DNA of 64,000 nucleotides from Acidimicrobiia bacterium (GTDB taxonomy: Bacteria > Actinomycetota > Acidimicrobiia > IMCC26256 > PALSA-610). Positions 61,046-64,000 of this stretch are shown here, one piece after another (position 1 is the first letter of the stretch; each line of letters opens with the position of its first letter). The translations under genes were made by a program, and so were the position numbers. The stretch spans positions 163,378 to 227,377 of the forward strand of contig JAOSJK010000001.1 in NCBI GenBank assembly GCA_027494135.1. The letters run 5' to 3'. The notes beneath the pieces were generated by a model that did no database searches, had not been told where the DNA came from, and saw only the letters and a program-made list of their open reading frames with translations.

Positions 61046-61854
61046 GGTCCGGCACGTCTTCGTTCGCCGGCTCGGAGGGCCGCGTCGCCTATCGCTGGTG
61101 GCGGCCTGCCGGAGTGGTTCGTCGCCTCGTGGTGGTGGTGCACGGCTACGCCGAGCACGGGGGACGCTACGCCCACCTCGCCGAGCACCTCGTGGGACAT
61201 GACGCGGCCGTCTACGCACCCGATCACCTAGGCCACGGTTTCTCCGATGGAGAGCGGGCTCTGATCGCCGACTTCGAGCACGTGGTCGACGACCTCGAGA
61301 CGCTTGTCGAGATCGCTCGCGCCGAGCCCGACATCGGCGCTGCGCCGCTGGTCGTGATCGGCCACTCGATGGGTGGCCTTCTCTGCGCACGCTTCGCCCA
61401 GCGCAACTCCGACGCCGCAGCCGGACTGGTGTTCCTCGGTGCCGTGCTCGGCGACTGGCCCTGGGCTCGCGAGGTGCTGGCACTACCGGAGCTGCCCGCC
61501 GTGGACAGCGACCCCTACGGGATGAGCCGCGACCTCGAAGTCTGCCGGACCTACGCCGACGATCCCCTCGTGTACCACGGGACCTACCGCCGCGAGCTGC
61601 TCGAGGCCGAGGTGGCCTGCCTCGATCGCATGCGTTCGGAGCTCGGCCGCGTGACCGCTCCGGTCTTGTTCCTCCACGGCGCCGAGGACCCGTTCGTGCC
61701 GTACGGACCGTCGCTCGCGGCGGTACAGGGCATGGCCTCGCGCGACGTGACCGAGAAGCTCTACGCGGGAGCGAAGCACGAACTCGTCAACGAGACGAAC
61801 CGCGACGAGGTCATGGCCGACGTCGCCAACTTCGTCGAGCGCGTCACGTGCTGA
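61042..61854 (+). CDS. alpha/beta hydrolase (lysophospholipase / monoacylglycerol lipase-like)
   Basis: VVVHGYAEHGGRY...VIGHSMGGL...LHGAEDPFVP...AKHEL. Confidence 0.8.
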   Translation: MRSGTSSFAGSEGRVAYRWWRPAGVVRRLVVVVHGYAEHGGRYAHLAEHLVGHDAAVYAPDHLGHGFSDGERALIADFEHVVDDLETLVEIARAEPDIGAAPLVVIGHSMGGLLCARFAQRNSDAAAGLVFLGAVLGDWPWAREVLALPELPAVDSDPYGMSRDLEVCRTYADDPLVYHGTYRRELLEAEVACLDRMRSELGRVTAPVLFLHGAEDPFVPYGPSLAAVQGMASRDVTEKLYAGAKHELVNETNRDEVMADVANFVERVTC

Positions 61855-61881
61855 CGCCCCACGATCGCGCTACCAACGGGC

Positions 61882-62241
61882 CTAGGTCGCGCCACCGGTC
61901 ATGGGAAGTGCGATCGTGAGCTTCAGCTCGCGGGCGCCGGTGACGTCGGCTTCGAGGCCATCAGTCTCCGTGAGGTCGTCGCCGTCGACGAAGACCAGGC
62001 AACGCGGGTCGAGCCACCCGAACTGGTTGTAGAACCAGTCGCGCAGCTCGTCGCCGTGGCGCTCCACGAGGCGTTCGAGCACGTCGCGCACTCGCACCGG
62101 ACCCGAATCGAAGTGCACCGGCTCCTCGCGCACCCCGATGCGTCGCCGCAGACTCCCGAAGTATGCGACCGTGATCGTCGTGCCGCCGCCGGCACCGGGG
62201 ACAGTCGGGATCTCCGACGCCTCCGGAGCCTCCTTGCTCAC
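61882..62241 (-). CDS. MoaD/ThiS-family ubiquitin-like protein with GG followed by two extra residues
   Basis: 119 aa ending ...LTIALPMTGGAT*. Its start overlaps the NrfD-like stop. Confidence 0.6.
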   Translation of the reverse strand: MSKEAPEASEIPTVPGAGGGTTITVAYFGSLRRRIGVREEPVHFDSGPVRVRDVLERLVERHGDELRDWFYNQFGWLDPRCLVFVDGDDLTETDGLEADVTGARELKLTIALPMTGGAT

Positions 62242-63224
62242 CCCCGTGTCCGGCGCGCCGGGACCGAGGGCATCGTGACCGGCGGGTAGATGCCCGCCTT
62301 CAGTGTGTCGAGGCGCAGCAGGAACCCGCCGACGACCAGGAGAGGCAGCGCCACCACTACCAGAGCGTTGCGGGCACCCCCGGCGGCGGCGGCCACCAGC
62401 GCCAGCAACGCCGGGAGAGCTGTGCCGGCTAGCAGCGAGACGAAGAGGAAGGTCGTGCGTGATGAGCCGCGCACGAGCCGGTCGATGCTCTCCTTCTTGC
62501 CCGGCGCCTCTTTGTCGGTGGTCAGGTGTAGCAGCATCGACACCGCCAGGGCGGCGCTCAGGACAGCCAGCGTGACGGCCTGACCCGATGTGACGTCGTC
62601 GCCGTCGAGCACCACGAGCACCAACACCGTTGCTGTCGCCATGGCGAGCGAGGACGCCAGGAACTGGAACGGCACGGCCACGGAGTGCCAGTACGGGATC
62701 GAGCGCGGGCGGGCGAGCACCGCGCCAGCGTAGAGCATCACCACCACGGCGGCGATCGAAGCCAGCACCAGCATCACAGAGCCTGCGCCATCGGCTTCGG
62801 ATTCCCAGCCGAGACCCGAGAAGGGAGTTGAGTCGCCGATCTCGAGGTCAGGGAGCATGAGCAGCCCACCGAAGGTGAGGAAGACGAGGTCGGCCCACGC
62901 TCCCCAGCTGATCCAACTCGCCTTCACATTCCGGAAGGCGCGCCAGGCCTGCAGCGGTCGCCCCAAATCGGCGATGAGGACAACGCCTCCGATGGCGATG
63001 AGCACGAAGCTGACCACGTCTACAAGCGGAAGGCCCAGCACCCGACCGAGCTCGGTCGTCACGTCGAAGGCGCGCCCGACGAGGAAGACGCCGCCGCCGA
63101 TGCCCATGAGCGTGAACCAGATCGCATGGTTGAGGCCCCAGACCCTCTGCGTCTTGGGACCCAGGACCCAGCGGTCCATGAAGACATTCTGAGGCAGCGG
63201 AGCTGCGGTCACCGGGGCACTCAT
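62238..63224 (-). CDS. NrfD/PsrC-like polytopic membrane subunit
   Basis: 328 aa with about 8-9 hydrophobic helices. It is translationally coupled to the upstream ferredoxin subunit. Confidence 0.75.
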   Translation of the reverse strand: MSAPVTAAPLPQNVFMDRWVLGPKTQRVWGLNHAIWFTLMGIGGGVFLVGRAFDVTTELGRVLGLPLVDVVSFVLIAIGGVVLIADLGRPLQAWRAFRNVKASWISWGAWADLVFLTFGGLLMLPDLEIGDSTPFSGLGWESEADGAGSVMLVLASIAAVVVMLYAGAVLARPRSIPYWHSVAVPFQFLASSLAMATATVLVLVVLDGDDVTSGQAVTLAVLSAALAVSMLLHLTTDKEAPGKKESIDRLVRGSSRTTFLFVSLLAGTALPALLALVAAAAGGARNALVVVALPLLVVGGFLLRLDTLKAGIYPPVTMPSVPARRTRG

Positions 63225-63883
63225 GAGAGCCCCACGTAGGCCGTGGTGGCACCAGTCTGAGCATCGGGTCTCAGCACCTCACGCGGTCCGCGCTCGGCGG
63301 TGTAGCGGCTCACCCGGCTGTCCGGGTCGTCGAGGTCACCGAAGATGCGGCACTCGGCCGGGCAGGTGACCACGCAGACCGGCGTTGCCAGCGGGTCAAC
63401 GCCCGGCATCAAACCGTTCGCCGTTCCGAAGTCGATGCGGTGAGCGCAGTAAGTGCACTTCGAGACGGTGCCCGGGATGCGCCCCGCTGCGGTGTAGGGC
63501 TCGAGCAGGCTCGGTCGGCCGCGCGACCCGTCGCCGAGCACCTCGCCCGACGCTTCCTCGAACAGGTGTAGCGCACCGTAGGGGCACGCGGCCATGCACG
63601 CCCGCGAACCGATGCAGCGATCCTCGTCGGCGAGGACGATGCCGTCGTCGCGTCGCCGCAGGGCTCCCGAGGGGCATGCCGTGACGCATGGCGCGTCGGT
63701 GCAGTGGTTGCACAACGTCGGCAGGTACGACATGCGGGCATCGGGGTACTCGCCCACTTCGTACTCGACGACCGGCGCGTACCACGCGTCGACCGGCGAG
63801 AGGTTCTCGACCTTGCAGGCCACCGTGCACGCCTGGCAGCCGATGCAGCGGCCGACATCGATGACCATGCCCCAGCGAGTCAT
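63221..63883 (-). CDS. 4Fe-4S ferredoxin-type subunit (DmsB/PsrB/NrfC-like)
   Basis: MVIDVGRCIGCQACTVACK, LCNHCTDAPCVTACP, RCIGSRACMAACP and KCTYCAHR...VCVVTCP cluster motifs. Confidence 0.9.
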   Translation of the reverse strand: MTRWGMVIDVGRCIGCQACTVACKVENLSPVDAWYAPVVEYEVGEYPDARMSYLPTLCNHCTDAPCVTACPSGALRRRDDGIVLADEDRCIGSRACMAACPYGALHLFEEASGEVLGDGSRGRPSLLEPYTAAGRIPGTVSKCTYCAHRIDFGTANGLMPGVDPLATPVCVVTCPAECRIFGDLDDPDSRVSRYTAERGPREVLRPDAQTGATTAYVGLS

Positions 63884-64000
63884 CGCCTTCCTCCTTCGAT
63901 CGTGGCGACATTGACTGCGATGACCGAGTCGAGGGCGCCCGACAGGAAGTCGATGTGCTCCTCGTCGAGGTTCAGCAGGGCGTTGAAGTTGACCTCGTCG
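63880..64000 (-). CDS. C-terminal end of a Mo-bisPGD oxidoreductase catalytic subunit (partial, runs off the window)
   Basis: The minus-strand frame ends ...DEVNFNALLNLDEEHIDFLSGALDSVIAVNVATIEGGRR* and overlaps the ferredoxin ATG (ATGA). The assignment comes from operon context only. Confidence 0.45.
   Translation of the reverse strand, partial: DEVNFNALLNLDEEHIDFLSGALDSVIAVNVATIEGGRR

Overview
Very GC-rich, actinobacterium-like chromosomal segment: third codon positions are almost always G/C, GTG/TTG starts are common, and many genes overlap by 4 nt (ATGA/GTGA). Content from left to right. (i) A small integrative-element remnant (excisionase, tyrosine integrase, Phd-type antitoxin plus VapC) that ends at a tRNA 3'-end fragment. 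(ii) Envelope and secreted-protein genes, two of them preceded by a duplicated ~105-nt hairpin element. (iii) A TetR / di-iron / membrane-protein trio and a PAS-GGDEF cyclase. (iv) A minus-strand housekeeping block syntenic with M. tuberculosis Rv1334-Rv1341 (mec-cysO-cysM-[sua5]-murI-MBL-rph-rdgB). (v) An L-fucose utilisation cluster (GH29 fucosidase, fuconate dehydratase, AKR, ADH). (vi) smpB, a receiver / S8-peptidase / GAF-histidine-kinase operon, pit-DUF47 and ssrA (tmRNA). (vii) Directly 3' of ssrA, a ~9.4-kb nest of insertion sequences: a truncated ISL3; a second ISL3 with a visible 8-bp target duplication that is itself split by a Tn554-like three-gene tyrosine-recombinase element; an IS3; and a truncated IS110. 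An MNT-HEPN pair follows. (viii) A large N-heterocycle/purine-type catabolic cluster with two PLP enzymes, two molybdenum hydroxylases, SsnA-like and 8-oxoguanine-deaminase-like amidohydrolases and an LLM oxidoreductase. (ix) The end of a Psr/Nrf-type Mo-oxidoreductase operon with a MoaD-like gene. There is no rRNA, no complete tRNA and no CRISPR array. About 30 single-base reading-frame breaks are present. Several lie demonstrably at homopolymer runs and one is in the essential gene murI, so indel sequencing errors are the likeliest cause. 'Pseudogene' below therefore means 'frame broken in this sequence', not necessarily a dead gene.
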